NCBI GenBank assembly: GCA_047967505.1
Contig: CM106538.1
Length of the DNA stretch: 64,000 bases
Source: Dipteris shenzhenensis
Taxonomy: Eukaryota
Reading direction: 5' to 3' (one strand)
Shown here: positions 22,801 to 35,680 of the stretch, piece by piece
Layout: each line of letters opens with the position of its first letter
Numbering within the stretch: the first letter of the stretch is position 1
Made by a program: the position numbers and the translations under genes
Notes under the pieces: generated by a model
Seen by the model: the letters and a program-made list of their open reading frames with translations, nothing else
Database searches by the model: none
What the model was told of the DNA's origin: nothing

Positions 22801-25370
22801 TCTGCTGAAGTCATCAATAAATGTGACAAAATAGTGACAACCTCCAATAGATGCAGCTTCAGTAGTCCACACATCAGAGTGGATTAATTCCAATGGCTTT
22901 TTACTCTCTTGAACATGCTTAGGAAATGGTTTCCTTGCCTGTTTTCCAAATTGACAGGCTTCACACACCTTATGCATTTCTGCAACCTTGAATTTAGGCA
23001 ATCCTGCAACAATATTTTGGGCCTACATTGATTTAAGTCGTCGTACATTAACATGACCAATGCGTTTATGCCAGATATCAATATCTGCAACTACACCGGT
23101 CCCATGTGCAAACATTGTTGCACTCAATTCAGGCATGTCTGCATCCAGCGTAAACATCCTGCCTTTCTTCTTTCCTTTTGCTATCAAGCGACCATTATTT
23201 TTCATATCCTCAACAAAACATCCATGAGGATTGAATTTGACCTGCAAGCCCTGCTCAACCATTTGACCAACAGAAACCAGGTTCTTGGTGATGTTTGGGA
23301 CATGAAATACATTAGACAAGTATTTCTTTTTCCCATCCTACATAGACAAAGGAATTTTGCCAATCTGCACAATAGGATGTGCAGTATCATCACCAGTCTC
23401 CACAAATCCTGGTTTTTCCATTTTGCTTGCATCCTGCATCCATTCAGCATGACCTGTCATGTGGTTTGATGCACCTGAGTCAACATACCACACATCATTG
23501 CTTTCTTCTGCACTTGTCACAGAATTTGTCATATGCTGTACCATAAACAAATGTTCATTTCTGTCATCACCCTGTCTACTAGAGGATGCATAATTGCCTT
23601 GCTGCAATTTTCCATTCATAATGTCATTCTGCTTTTTGTAGCAGTCTTTAGCCATATGCCCCATTTTACCATGGTAGTAGCATTCAACATTGCTGTTTGC
23701 ATTTTGGCTTCTTTGCCATCCACCACGAGCCCTTTGGCTCCCCCTGCCTCTAGAGTTACCACGTCCTCCTGCATAGGACTGGTTTTCTTGAGTTTGTTGC
23801 ATATTCTGATTTCTACCACGGCCTCCAGATCGGCCTCCTCTACCTCTGCCTCTACCCCTTCCAGCATTTGAGTAGAAGACAGTTTCTTTTGAGGTTCCTC
23901 CTGAAGAAGATGCACCACCATTTCTTTGCTCTTCAGAAATTAGAAGAGCAATCAACTCCTCAAAATCAAGAAATTTTTCATGGACGGCAACGGATGTCCG
24001 GAACTGTGCATAATCCTTTCCTAGACCATTCAAGTTCACAGAAACTAAATCGTCATCATCCATTGGTGACCCAATGGAAGCAAGTGCATCTGCAATTTTC
24101 TTCACCTTCATGTGGTAGTCATTGATGCTCAATTTTTCTCTCTGCACATTGTGCAGCTCCTGCTTGAGCTGCATTTTCCTGGCTTGTGTATTTGTGCTGT
24201 ACATTTTAGCCAAAGTATCCCATGCCACCTTTGGCGTACTTGCATCCTGAATATGCACAATCATTGAATCTGAAATACTGATAGACAGCCAGTACATAAC
24301 TTTTCTGGATCTCTCATGCCATCCTTTAAATGCCTGCATTTCCTGCTGATTGGGAACATTAGGAAGAACTGGTTCTTCTTCATTTCCTGTAATGAACTCC
24401 CAGTAGCCTTTTCCCATAAGGAAATTCGTCATTCTAAACTTCCATGCTTGGAAGTTGTTCTTGTCAAGCTTTTCAGTGACAATCTGTGAAAGAGAATCAG
24501 ATGCCATTACAGACCACTGCAAAATATTCTGTCACTGCGAAAGACACAGCTTCTGCCTCACAAGGGCAAATCTGCAAACCTGACGAAAGTGGTTTTTTTT
24601 TTTTTTTGACCACACAGTCACTTCCTAGTGACGATTTTGCATCAACAGGCAATAAGGATGATTCTGCAACTCCTAATATCTCTGCGCACAGGCATATGAT
24701 GCAATTTCTACGGCAACTTTTCACCGACCTGCAGAACAGTGGTCGCACATCAAAAATAGGGCCTCTTCCTGAGTGCCTGCGGAGAACTTCCGCCTCCAAA
24801 ACGGGCCCCAAAATGACCTCGAATCAGAAAAATAAAGAAATGCCCCAAAAAGGGCTTCTCAATCTGAGACAGTGCACTCTTGCACTTTCGGCTGTGCTAC
24901 CTGTAGAGATTTGCTCCCAAACTCGAAAAAGGAAAGCAACACTGGTCCTCTTACCAGGACACTGCAAACTTGGTTTGCTTTCTTGAGCTCCTTACCATGA
25001 ACAAGGCTCTGATACCATGTGAAGATAGTGGGAGAGAGGGAAGGAGTCTCACTTGAGGCTTTCTCACAAGCACAATGGGGGAATACACACAAAGGTGGAG
25101 GCTGAAAACAATTTTTCTCTTCTTAGTTGTGAAAGCCAAAAAGAACTCTAGTACAAAGAAATAGAAGAACCCTATATGTGGGTCTCAAACCAAACTCAAC
25201 TAACTAAGGTGGCATACTAACTGAGCCACGAACTAGTGTAGATAAGGATAGCTATCATCCAGCTATTATTTGTGGGCGGTGTACCAACCGCATCTATAGC
25301 TAACAAGTCGGTGACATAAATGCACAACGGTCACCCTGGCACATCGCGAGTGGAGCTCGATATCTCAACA
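19814..25370 (-). mobile_element. Full-length Ty1/copia family A element (copy A2); LTRs 25018-25370 (5') and 19814-20167 (3'); TSD CAACC
   Basis: ~353-bp LTR pair (~11 differences by eye), Met PBS at 25006-25017, and CAACC at 19809-19813 and 25371-25375. The gag-PR-IN-RT-RH order is intact but broken by stops and frameshifts. Confidence 0.96.
20062..24507 (-). pseudogene. gag-pol of copia A2 (disrupted)
   Basis: MASDSLSQIVTEKLDKNNF, WYVDSGASNHM, IWHKRIGH, LIHSDVW, QQNGIAERKN, IYVDDL and YTDADWAG. Several premature stops and a 12-bp duplication (DYYWDYYW). Confidence 0.92.
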
Positions 25371-25602
25371 CAACCCACTTTGTGAAGTAGTATGTGGCCA
25401 CAATAATGTAGCGTGCTTGTGTTTCCTTTGTGGCTGGATGTATGGGTCCCATGAAGTCAATTCCATATTTTTCAAATGGTTGTTGTTGATGGTTGTTGTT
25501 GAGTGGTAATTGCTGTTAAGGGGTTGAAATCCTTGTGTTGGGATTGATGGTCCTTTGACATACATATCTTTTAGCATAGTCATAACCATCTACCCAAAGT
25601 GT
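25371..25602 (-). pseudogene. Gypsy integrase segment between two family A insertions
   Basis: Reads ...VCQR...PFEKYGIDFMGPI...YIIVATYYFTKWV. It joins EAK at 19808 once A2 and one TSD are removed. Confidence 0.85.
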
Positions 25603-28600
25603 TGTGAAGATAGTGGGAGAGAAGGAAGGAGTCTCACTGCAGCTTTCTCACATACACAATGGGGGAATACACACAAAGGTGGAGGCTGAAAACAATTTTT
25701 CCTCTTCTTAGTTGTGAAAGCCAAAAGAACTCTAGTACAAAGAAATAGAAGAACCCTATATGTGGGTCTCAAACCAAACTCAGATAACTAAGGTGGCATA
25801 CTAACTGAGCCACGAACTAGAGTGCATAAGGATAGCTATCATCCAACTATTATTCATGGGCGGTGTACCAACCGCATCTACAGCTAACAAGTCGGTGACA
25901 TAAATGCACAATGGTCACCCTGGCATATCACGAGATGAGCTCGATATCTCAACACTCCCCCTCGAGCTCAATCCCAATTCCTACACACCAAGCAGGTCTC
26001 TGAACTTGCGCAGCTTCTCTGTGCCCAATGCCTTCATGAATATGTCAGCTACCTGATCCTCTATGCTGACATAAACTAGATCAATAAGACCTAGTAAAAC
26101 CTTCTCCCGCACATAGTGATAATGCACCTCAATGTGCTTTGTTCTAGCATGATAGACTGGGTTATTTGCCAAGTGTATACTGCTCGTGTTGTCACAGTAA
26201 ATGACAACTAGCCCATTCTGATGCATATCATAACATAACTTACGCAACCAAGCTGCCTCACATGCAGCAGCAAATCCAGGGCATGGGAACATTGAGTGTT
26301 ACCACTGTGGCAAGAAGGGTAATATGCAAAAAGATTGCTACAAGCTGAAAATGACAACTGGCCCATCTGTAGACTGATGCATATCATAAAGTAGCTTATG
26401 CAACCAAGATACCTCACATGTAGCCATTGCTGCACCCCTGTACTTAGCCTCTGTGCTCGACAAGGCAACTGTAGGTTGTTTCTTGCTACTCCAAGTGACT
26501 GCAGCACTCCCAAAAGAGAACGCATATCCACTGGTAGATCGTCTATCAGAAATACTACCAACCTAATCAGCATCAGTGTATCCATGCAGCTATATCTGAA
26601 CCCCAGTCTCATAAAATAGTCCATACTACAATGTGGACTTCACATACCTGAGTATGCATCTAGCCGCATCCAAATGCGGTTTCCTTGGAGCCTGCATAAA
26701 TTGACTTACTAATCCAACAGCATAGCTCAAATCTAGCCTGGTAATAGTCATATAAATCAAACTTCCTACTATGCATCTGTACATAGTAGGGTCTTCCAGA
26801 AGCTCACTTGCATCTGCGCTTAGCTTCACATTCTGCTGCAAAGGAACTGAAATAGTCTTACAGCCTGTCATCCCATATTTGGATAGCATGTCCAATCCAT
26901 ACTGCCTCTGCAAGAGCCATATCCCACTTGGTGATCTAATCACCTCAATGCCCAAGAAATAGCGCAGCTCTCCCAAATCCTTCATCTCAAACTTCTGCTT
27001 CAATAGCATTTTCACATGAATAATATCTTCATCACTATCGTCTGTGATGATCAAATCATCAACATAAATGACAAGCAGCATAATACCTTTCTCTGTTTTT
27101 CTCACATAAAGTGAGAAATCTGCCTTGGAAATGTGAAAGCCAATAGTGACAAGATATTATCCTATCTTGTTAGACCATGCTCTAGGTGCTTGCTTCAAGC
27201 CATACAAGGCTTTCTTCAACCTACAAACAAACTCAGGATGAACAGCATAAACATAACCTGGTGGCTGCTCCATAAAGACCTCTTCTTGCAAATCACCATG
27301 CAAGAAGGCATTCTTTACATCCATCTGATGTAAAGACCATCCCTTTGATGCAACCATAGCAATGACTACTCTTACAGTTGCCATCCTTGCAACCGGACTG
27401 AATGTTTCTTCATAATCAATGCCATATATCTGTGCGTATCCCTTGACAACTAATCTTGCCTTGTATCTGCTCACAGAACCATCTGCATTGTGCTTCACCT
27501 TATAAACCCACTTACAGCCAATTGCATTCTTATCTTTAGGCAAAGGCACCGATTCCCATGTAGCATTTGCTTCCAAGGCATCCATTTCTTCATCCATGGC
27601 TTTCTCCCATTTTTCTTTTCCCATGGCTTGCTCAAAAGAAGTGGGTTCTGGTTCCTATATCACTTTGACCATATAGGCATAGTGAATGGCTGTAAATCCA
27701 TCATATTTCAGCCTATCCATAGGATACCTAGCTCTGGTAGACCTACACAAAATAGGCTCACTTATAGGTGCTCTCAAAACATCCTTGGTCTTCCTTACTC
27801 TAGGTGTAACAACAGAAGGAATACCCAACTCATCATCAATGCTTTGTTCTGAGCCACTGGATTCACCATTCACATAAGAGTGACCTGCATTCACATCAAA
27901 CATGGGCTGATCTACCTTCTCTTTTCCTTTTCGTGATACCTGCATACCACTATCTGCATTGCTTTGAGGAGATTCTCATTATCTCAATCTGCCTGTCCAT
28001 GGCGAAGTATGTGAACCACTGCTAGAGGACACTGTAGGTCCACTAATATTTTGTGATTGCTGTTGTGAATTCTGTGCAGCATTACCATTTTGTGCATCTA
28101 CATCATCAATCACATTTACTGGTTTATACCAGCTTCTCATCTCATAAAAAACAACATCTCTGCTCACTATAAACTTACAAGTAGAAGGGTTATAGCATCT
28201 ATACCCTTTTTGCTACAGAGAATAACGAATAAAGATGCACTTTTGAGCTTTTGGATCTAGCTTGGACCTCAACTCATTTGGCACATGAACATAGGTAATG
28301 CAACCAAAAATTTTTAAATGAGAAATATCTGGTTTCCTACCAGTATACATCTCCTCTGGCGTCATGCCATGTATTGCTGCAGTGGGAGTCCTGTTCATTA
28401 TGTAAACTGTTGTAGCAACTGCTTCAGCCCAATAATAATCTGGTAGGTCTTTTTCATTTAGCATGGCCCGAGATACCTCTCCAATATGCCTGTTTTTCCT
28501 TTCTGCAAGTCCATTTTGCTGTGGGGTATGACTGCATGAATATTGCTGCTTTATGCCATGCTCCTGCAGGAACCTTGCAAACTCATTTGAGAGGTACTCT

Positions 28601-29661
28601 CCCCCTTCATTTGACCTTAGGCATTTTATTTGCAGGCCTGTTTCTTTTTCAACCATAGCTTTAAAAGCTTTGAAATGCCCAAACACTTCACTTTTCTTTT
28701 TCATAAAATACACCCAAACTTTTCTACTGTAGTCATCAATAAAAGTGACAAAAATGACAACCTCCAATAGATGCAGCTTTAGTAGTCCACACATCAGAGT
28801 GGATTAAGGCTTCTTACTCTCTTGAACATGTTTAGGAAATGGTTTCCTTTCTTGTTTTCCAAATTGACAGGCTTCACATACCTTATGCATTTCTACAACC
28901 TTGAATTTAGGCAATCTTGCAACAATATTTTGGGCCTGCATTGATTTAAGTCACTGTACATGAACATGACCAATGCGTTTATGCCAGATATCAATATCTA
29001 CAACTACACCGGTCCCTTGTGCAAACATTGCTGCACTCAATTCAGGCATGTCCACATGCAACGTAAACATCCTGCCCTTCTTCTTTCCTTTTGCTATCAA
29101 GCGACTGTTATTTTTCATATCCTCAATGAGGATTAAATCTGACCTGCAAGCCCTACTCAACCATTTGATCGATAGAAACCAGGTTCTTGGTGATATTTGG
29201 GACATGAAATACATCAGACAAGTATTTCTTTTTCCCATCCTGCATAGATGAAAGAATTTTACCAATCTGCACAATAGGATGTGTAGTATCATCACCAGTC
29301 TCCACAATCTTGGTCTTTCCATTTTCCTTGCATCCTGCATCCATTTTGCATGACCTGTCATGTGGTTTGACGCACCTGAGTCAACATACCACACATCATT
29401 GCATTCTTCTGCACTTGTCATAGAATTGGTCATGTGCTGCACAACCATAAGTAGATGCTCATTTCTGTCATCACCCTGTCTACTAAAAGATGCATAATTC
29501 CCTTGCTGCAATTTTCCATTCATGATGTCATTCTGCTTTTTATAGCAGTCTTTAGCCATATGACCCATTTTACCACAGTAGTAGCATTCAACATTGCTGT
29601 TTGCATTTTGGCCTCTCTGCCATCCACCACGACCTCTTTGGCTCCCCCTACCTCTAGAGTT
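25603..29661 (-). mobile_element. 5'-truncated copia family A element (copy A3); 3' LTR 25603-25954; carries an ~83-bp antisense family B gag insert at 26269-26351
   Basis: Collinear with A2 from late gag to the LTR. No 5' LTR or PBS, and homology ends at ~29661. Confidence 0.92.
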
Positions 29662-30390
29662 GCTTCTTGCTGAATTAAATCACTTAAATGCATTGCTCCA
29701 ATAGTCCAGACAGAGGAAAGACATAAAAAACACATACGAGGAGAAATGCCGCATCTCCGCTACATATTCTCAACAAGCATGAGATGCAAAGGTCGCACTC
29801 TAACATATTGAAGACAGAGGCCGTGTTCGTAACTAGGGTCCTAATTTTGTGGGCCTGACTGTTAGAAAACCCTCTACCCTTCTGGTGTGTATTACATTTG
29901 TGGATGATGGACCTTTATGTCCAAATTTTACATGGCTAACCATGTATACTTTGAACTTATATAATATGGCGCAAGCTATTGCCATGTTTGGGGAAATGTT
30001 GCTTAATGTAAATTGGCATGGTTACTTAACCTACACTTTTAAAATACAATATTATTTTATTTTATAATTGTTTGAGAAGCTGCAATTTTGCCTTTACAAA
30101 TTAGCCATTCATGAAATTATAAATCTTCCCGCACACTTTGATGGAGGCTTAACCTCCCTGAGTAAAGTATCCTTGGAAAGATTTATAACTTCATTAGTGG
30201 CTAGCACACATCGCTCCACCACTTGCTATTTACAACTTTGCATAGTCGACAAGTTGCTCGAATGTGCATATGGAAAGAGGAAAATGTAGTAATTTGCCTC
30301 GTTCGAATGTGCATGCACGTGTGCATGACAATCCTTGGAAGCTTCCTTCAAAGTGCAACATAGATGGCTTGGGTTTCATAATGCCTAGTT

Positions 30391-31380
30391 ATGATGCCCT
30401 CCGTAAACAGCATGTTCGATGTATACTACAATAGGATGAAATTGGAGATGCAGCAAGTGGTTTACAATGCCGACATTGAGAAAACGGCTTGCACCATTGT
30501 ATCAGACAGATATAAGAATGTTAGTAAGAGGCCCCTGATCAATGTCATGGTTGTGACGTTCAAAGGCAAGGCTTTTCAACAATCGATTAATACGAGCGGT
30601 GAGGCCTCGGGGGTTGCACTGTTAAGAAACCCTATGTATCATGTGCATTCAAGGGGTATTTAAAACACCCCTTGACTAAAATTTTCCCCCCAATAAAAAC
30701 CCCTCTTTACTTATGAACTAACTGAATTTTTTCTAAAGTTGAATTAAAAAACTCCTCTTGTTATTGTAATCCTATTAAATTTTTCCAAAATGTTTAATAA
30801 AAAATATCCCTCCTTGTGAATGCATGTGGTATACTAAAATTTTGTGAGGTGAACCTCCCGGGAGTGAGGCTAAGACGCAAGATAATTTATTGCGGAGCAG
30901 CTAAGTAGATGTATTGAAGATATTGGTCCTGACAATATTATTCAACTAATTACTAATAATGCTAAGAATTTTTGAAAGGCTGGAAAAACTATAAATCACA
31001 GATATGGATGTATTTTGCATCACCATGCTCGTGCCTTTGTCTGGACCTTGTCTTGGAGGATTGGTACAAAACACCTGAGACCCAGTTAGTCAAAGTTGTT
31101 GTGATGAGGCTCAAAAATTCGTGCTATACTTTCTTAACCATGAGCGATTACTTGGCATATTTAGGAATCACCAACTTGCGAATCACCCGCTAGAGCTTCT
31201 GAATCCAAGTGTAACACATTTTGGCACAAACTATATAATGATGGAGTGGTTGTTAAAGCAGTAGGGGCTTGTGATCAAGACATTATTTAGTGCAAATGCT
31301 ACAGAGTGGATAACTGAGCTGTGTTTGAGCAGTGCCCATACCAAATTCATTGAGTTAAAGACACTTTGTAATAATCTTGT
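30391..31380 (+). pseudogene. hAT-superfamily transposase relic (DUF659-like), interrupted by a MITE
   Basis: CTIVSDRYKNVSKRPLINVMV...SINTSGEA|K...CIEDIGPDNIIQLITNNA...SPCSCLCLDLVLED...ELLNPSVTHFGTNY match the plant DUF659/hAT pattern. Frameshifted. Confidence 0.8.
30606..30862. mobile_element. Degenerate ~257-bp MITE (hAT-type), same family as 36945-37191
   Basis: Starts CTCGGGGGTTGCAC and ends GTGAACCTCCCGGG. Near-TSD GGTGAGGC/AGTGAGGC. The AT-rich interior resembles the second copy, and removing it rejoins the transposase. Confidence 0.72.
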
Positions 31381-33599
31381 GTTTACCCTACACCACTACT
31401 ATGCGTAGTTGCACTTTGCGATCAACTTTCCATAGTCACTGATTCTTCACTCGGGGATCAAAGACCCATGGATCTTTCTTCAGTTACAAGTTGAGACTGG
31501 TGGTGTGCGACTATGTCATCCACAATTGTGTCGGCACTTGTAGATGTTTCACCATCCTAAAGGGATACCACTTTTTCCACTCTCATCCCTTTGCACTTTT
31601 CGATCTATCTTTGAGGATTGCCTAGGAAGTGTTTGTGTATTCGAGTGCCTGGGGTAATGCCTTGTAGGATCATAGCAACAAATTTGCACATCCACTTTTG
31701 ATGACCTAACATTGTAACAAAATCTTGTGGTTTCGCAACATTTTGCCCTCATCCATGAGCCTCGTTTTGCGGTTGATGTTGTCCTACCTATCTTCTCCAC
31801 CCACCATGATTGCTATCCATGTAAAAGAGATAAACCATCTCAGATCATTAATATGTTTTCAGCAATTCAAGAAGACAATGTCACTAATGTGTCATTGCAA
31901 AACAATGTAAGTTTTCTAGACCTTGAGACAAAGCAACCATCCAATCGGCTTGTCCCCTCCCGACATAATTGGATGGTTATAGACATGGTAATATGCCTAT
32001 GGAAATAGGCGTGGGATGGCAAGTTGCCTTTTCCCCCGTCTTACTCTCTCCCGAGTAAGCATCTATATGCACTATGATCATTCGCAACCTCATGCTTTGT
32101 AACAAATGTCAGTATTTCACACACACTAGTGCAATAGCCAGCAATAGCTACATGTGCACTTATCATGATTTTTTTTTTGGATCTATGGAGTAAAGGATAC
32201 CTACCTAGGTTAGGCATACCTAATATGAGTTTAGATGTACATAGCATACCTACATAAGTTCAACTAATTATTTTGAAAAGTAAGTATTGCAAACTACACA
32301 TAAATGCATGGTATAGTATGCCACAAGTTTCATCTTACAAGTAACTCAACAAGTGTGGTCCGTAACATTCTCTATCATGTAATTTATGGGTTGATATAAG
32401 ATGACAATTGTGAGCTATAGAACTGGCTAGACTTTCAATGGGTTGTTATCAGTTGGCAAATGCGAGCAACAACCGCCCAAAGCCTAGTATTTCTCTTGTC
32501 CTAATAAGTACTTATATTATATCATTTAATATTTCACATCCAGGTTGGCATATGCAGACCGCCCATTGGAACATGGTTCAAAGATACTTTGTATCCATAT
32601 GTGAGTAGTTTATGAGTCGGCATACATGGACTCCCCAGTGGCACGTAGATACTTGATTTCAAATCCACATATATTTTGTACTCTTTTTCTGTAAGCTATA
32701 TAGCTATAATGACTACTAAACATGTGATTTCTTTACAAGTTTATAAATACTAAAAAGTATATGGTTTGTGGCTACTAAAAACATCTACTTTTTTCACTAA
32801 TTTTTAAAGACTATGTAGCTAATGCCTATAAAAACATATTTCTTTTTAAAATTTTCATGAAAATAACTTCCAATTTCTTACCAAAAAAATAGCTATTCTT
32901 TATGAAAATAATCCTTTCAAATCACAAAAGATAAACTATAAACTAAGAGCTTTGCATTTGTCCATTTTGCATCCGAGTGTGGGTAGATATCCCAGTGTGC
33001 CCACCACTAAATCTTGACACTTTATAAAAGGATACAAAAACTTACAAATTAGTTTGGAAGCTTTCTTTATCCTTTTTTGTTTGTCCTTCTTTGTTTTTTT
33101 ATTCAACCCTATATGCTTCCCCTACCCTTCCTTTCTTTCAAAATGAATGTATGCATTTATTTAGAAGAAAGGATTCCTAGGAATACAATGATGAAGTGGA
33201 TGAAGACTTAACCATTGTGCTCCTAGGAATCCTCACCCTCCCTAAAAACATGCTTGTTTAAATAGAATGCAATCTAAATTTCAAATAAAATCTCTTCAAA
33301 ATTTTACATAAACCCTATTTCATTTTGTGAAGGATGTCAAGGAGAGGATCAAGTGGTAAGGGTAAAAATAAATCCTCCTCTGATAGTACTACCTCAAGTA
33401 GTAGTACAAAGAAGGCTCACAAATCACTTATGAAGCTAGTTGCCAATACTAGGGAAAGAATCCTGCGTGAGTGGGAGAAGGAAAGATAGCAAGAGTCGGG
33501 TCCGCCGGCCTTCATAGAGATCTCCCAAGGCACCACCAAAGGTGGACCTAAGAATAGAGAGAGAAATCGTCGATGTAGATGCTCGGGCTCTGGTACAGG

Positions 33600-34100
33600 T
33601 AGTGCCATTGGGGGGAGTCAAGCTAACTCCCAAACTTCCACCACCCTCCCTTATGACGTTAATAGAGAGTTTGAAATAATAATGGATTCCAAAGGTACCC
33701 GAGTTATCGACCAAATGCACGGGCTTGTATCCTCTTATTTGAAGAGGGTGGTGAAGGATTTCTGCCAAGCAGCCACAGTAGAAAAAGGCTTATATCCTTA
33801 ATACATTAAAGGTAGAGTTCCTTGTGCCATCTGAGGAGTTTGAGTTTGACAACCACTGGATGTTGAATAAAATGGCCCAAGTGCTAAAGTTGCAGAAAGA
33901 TCAAATCCACAGGAAGGCAAAAGCTGGGGAATACAAGACTACTTGGGTCCACCTGAAAGATTGGAAACTTTTTAAAAAGAATTAAAGGACCCACAAAAAT
34001 ACGATCAACAAAAGAAGGTAGTAGCAACAAAGAAGAGTAAAGTGGGAAAATCCCATTTGGGCTGTAGTGGTAGGGATGCCTTTAAAATTGTTTTTGTAAG
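33600..34100 (+). pseudogene. Possible CACTA/En-Spm TnpA (Ptta-like) relic exon
   Basis: Frameshifted reading FEFDNHWMLNKMAQVL...WVHLKDWKLF...KSHLGCSGRDAFKIVF ending in a GTAAGT donor at ~34096. The similarity is judged by eye only. Confidence 0.35.
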
Positions 34101-35465
34101 TACCTCTTCTTTCAGTCTTTTAGTGTGTAATTTTAGGTAGCATGAAAATCACCCAAAACTTCCATACGCAGGGCCTATGTGTCAATACACATTGTTTTGG
34201 GTTTTCTTATTATGGGAATCGTGCAAAGGCCTTAAATGAATGCTGGGATATAAAACTAACGTGCATTCATATAATGCTAGTTTATAAAAATGGGCCATGA
34301 ATATATGGATGAGGAGTATATGTATGCATACAACAACAACACAGAAGGTCTAATGACCCTACACATCGAGAGATGAGAATTTGTACCATTCCTCAATGTA
34401 AGATCTTATTACATTTATTTATTTTTAAATTCTCTCAAAGATATCTATACTAACCATGCAAATCATGTACCAGCTGGTTGAACATTTTGAGTGGCCTTTG
34501 TGCCCCAACTCCCCTTCTATATAACTCTTCCTATGTAATAAGCAGAGAAGTAGCACTTCATGCACTATGGAATTCTTTGTTTAAACTCTCCAATCCTTCT
34601 AAGGAAGTGACATCCATATTTTGATCTCCTTTCTGGTGTACAACATAGAATAATATCAATCACATGGAGAAACTTTATTGAAAAATGAGACCAATAAAAT
34701 GTCTCCTTTGAAAACTTTGAAGAAAATATCTCATAATGTAGAGATATTTTGGTATGAAATTATTCATACTATGTCTAGACTCATAAACAAAATATAAGGA
34801 GAAAAGTACTTGAAGGATTTCTCAATATATTACTATAACCATCGAGAATTACAATATGTTTGGCTCTAGAGTGACTGAGGATACACTCAAACAAACCATC
34901 TCGATCTTGGCTTTCCATTCCCAAGTATGATCGGGACGCAGGTGCACTGCACTCCCATAAGAATGTATCTTTCGATGAATGCTTTGAGATAGCCAACTCC
35001 ATTGAGTGTTGAACTCTTGCGAATATTTGAAAAACATTAAAGATGTGATCATACAATAAGTCTTGAATACAAGCTTTCATAAACTTTGCACGTATTTTTT
35101 ACCAGAGAACCTTGTCTACCCATTGCTTACTCCTTCATCCTCTTGCACCTCCACACATTTTCCTTTTGATGTAGACATTCCTCCAGACATTGTCATTGAG
35201 TCTAACATGGATAGAGAAAGCTAATAATAAACAAATGTAAATAGATACAAGAAAACCCAACCTTTATCAGTAAGTAGGAAAAACAATATGCTTAAGCAAT
35301 TAAAATATAACATGCACCTGAGCATAATGTCAATCTTCTTCTCTTTGGCATTTGGTCATGAGTAGCCAATGAACACTGAGTTTGAGTAGAAATATTGAGT
35401 GTTAAACTTCAATATTAAGATGATACTATTAAAATTATTGGTATATTCTAGTGGGCAGTGGCCAA

Positions 35466-35680
35466 TGTAATGTAATAAGTAGGTTAGGGGCACTTTCCCC
35501 TCATTGAGGTTTCCCCCCCTAACCACAGCTAGATCACTAACTATGGTTAGTGGATAGGATAAGGTTTTGTCACTTAGACAAAACCTCTCTCTTGTACTTC
35601 CTCACTCTCTTATCTATTTAGACGTTTGCACCTTCTTGCTTCCATCCTGCTTGCCCATTTCCTTCATTTGGTATCAGAGC
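35466..35680 (+). mobile_element. Orphan short 5' LTR (~35466-35666) plus Met-tRNA PBS of another LTR element that hosts the family B insertion
   Basis: TG...CA followed by TT-TGGTATCAGAGC (35669-35680). Downstream leader is rich in CTGTAC motifs. No partner LTR found. Confidence 0.55.

Noticed and set aside
9650-26351. Simple inversion between the two A/B junctions
   Set aside because: The reciprocal product (B 5' half with its LTR) is absent and A3 retains both flanks. The two downstream LTRs and their flanks differ.
31430-32250. Possible CACTA Tnp2 C-terminal relic on the minus strand
   Set aside because: The resemblance is too faint to support without a search.
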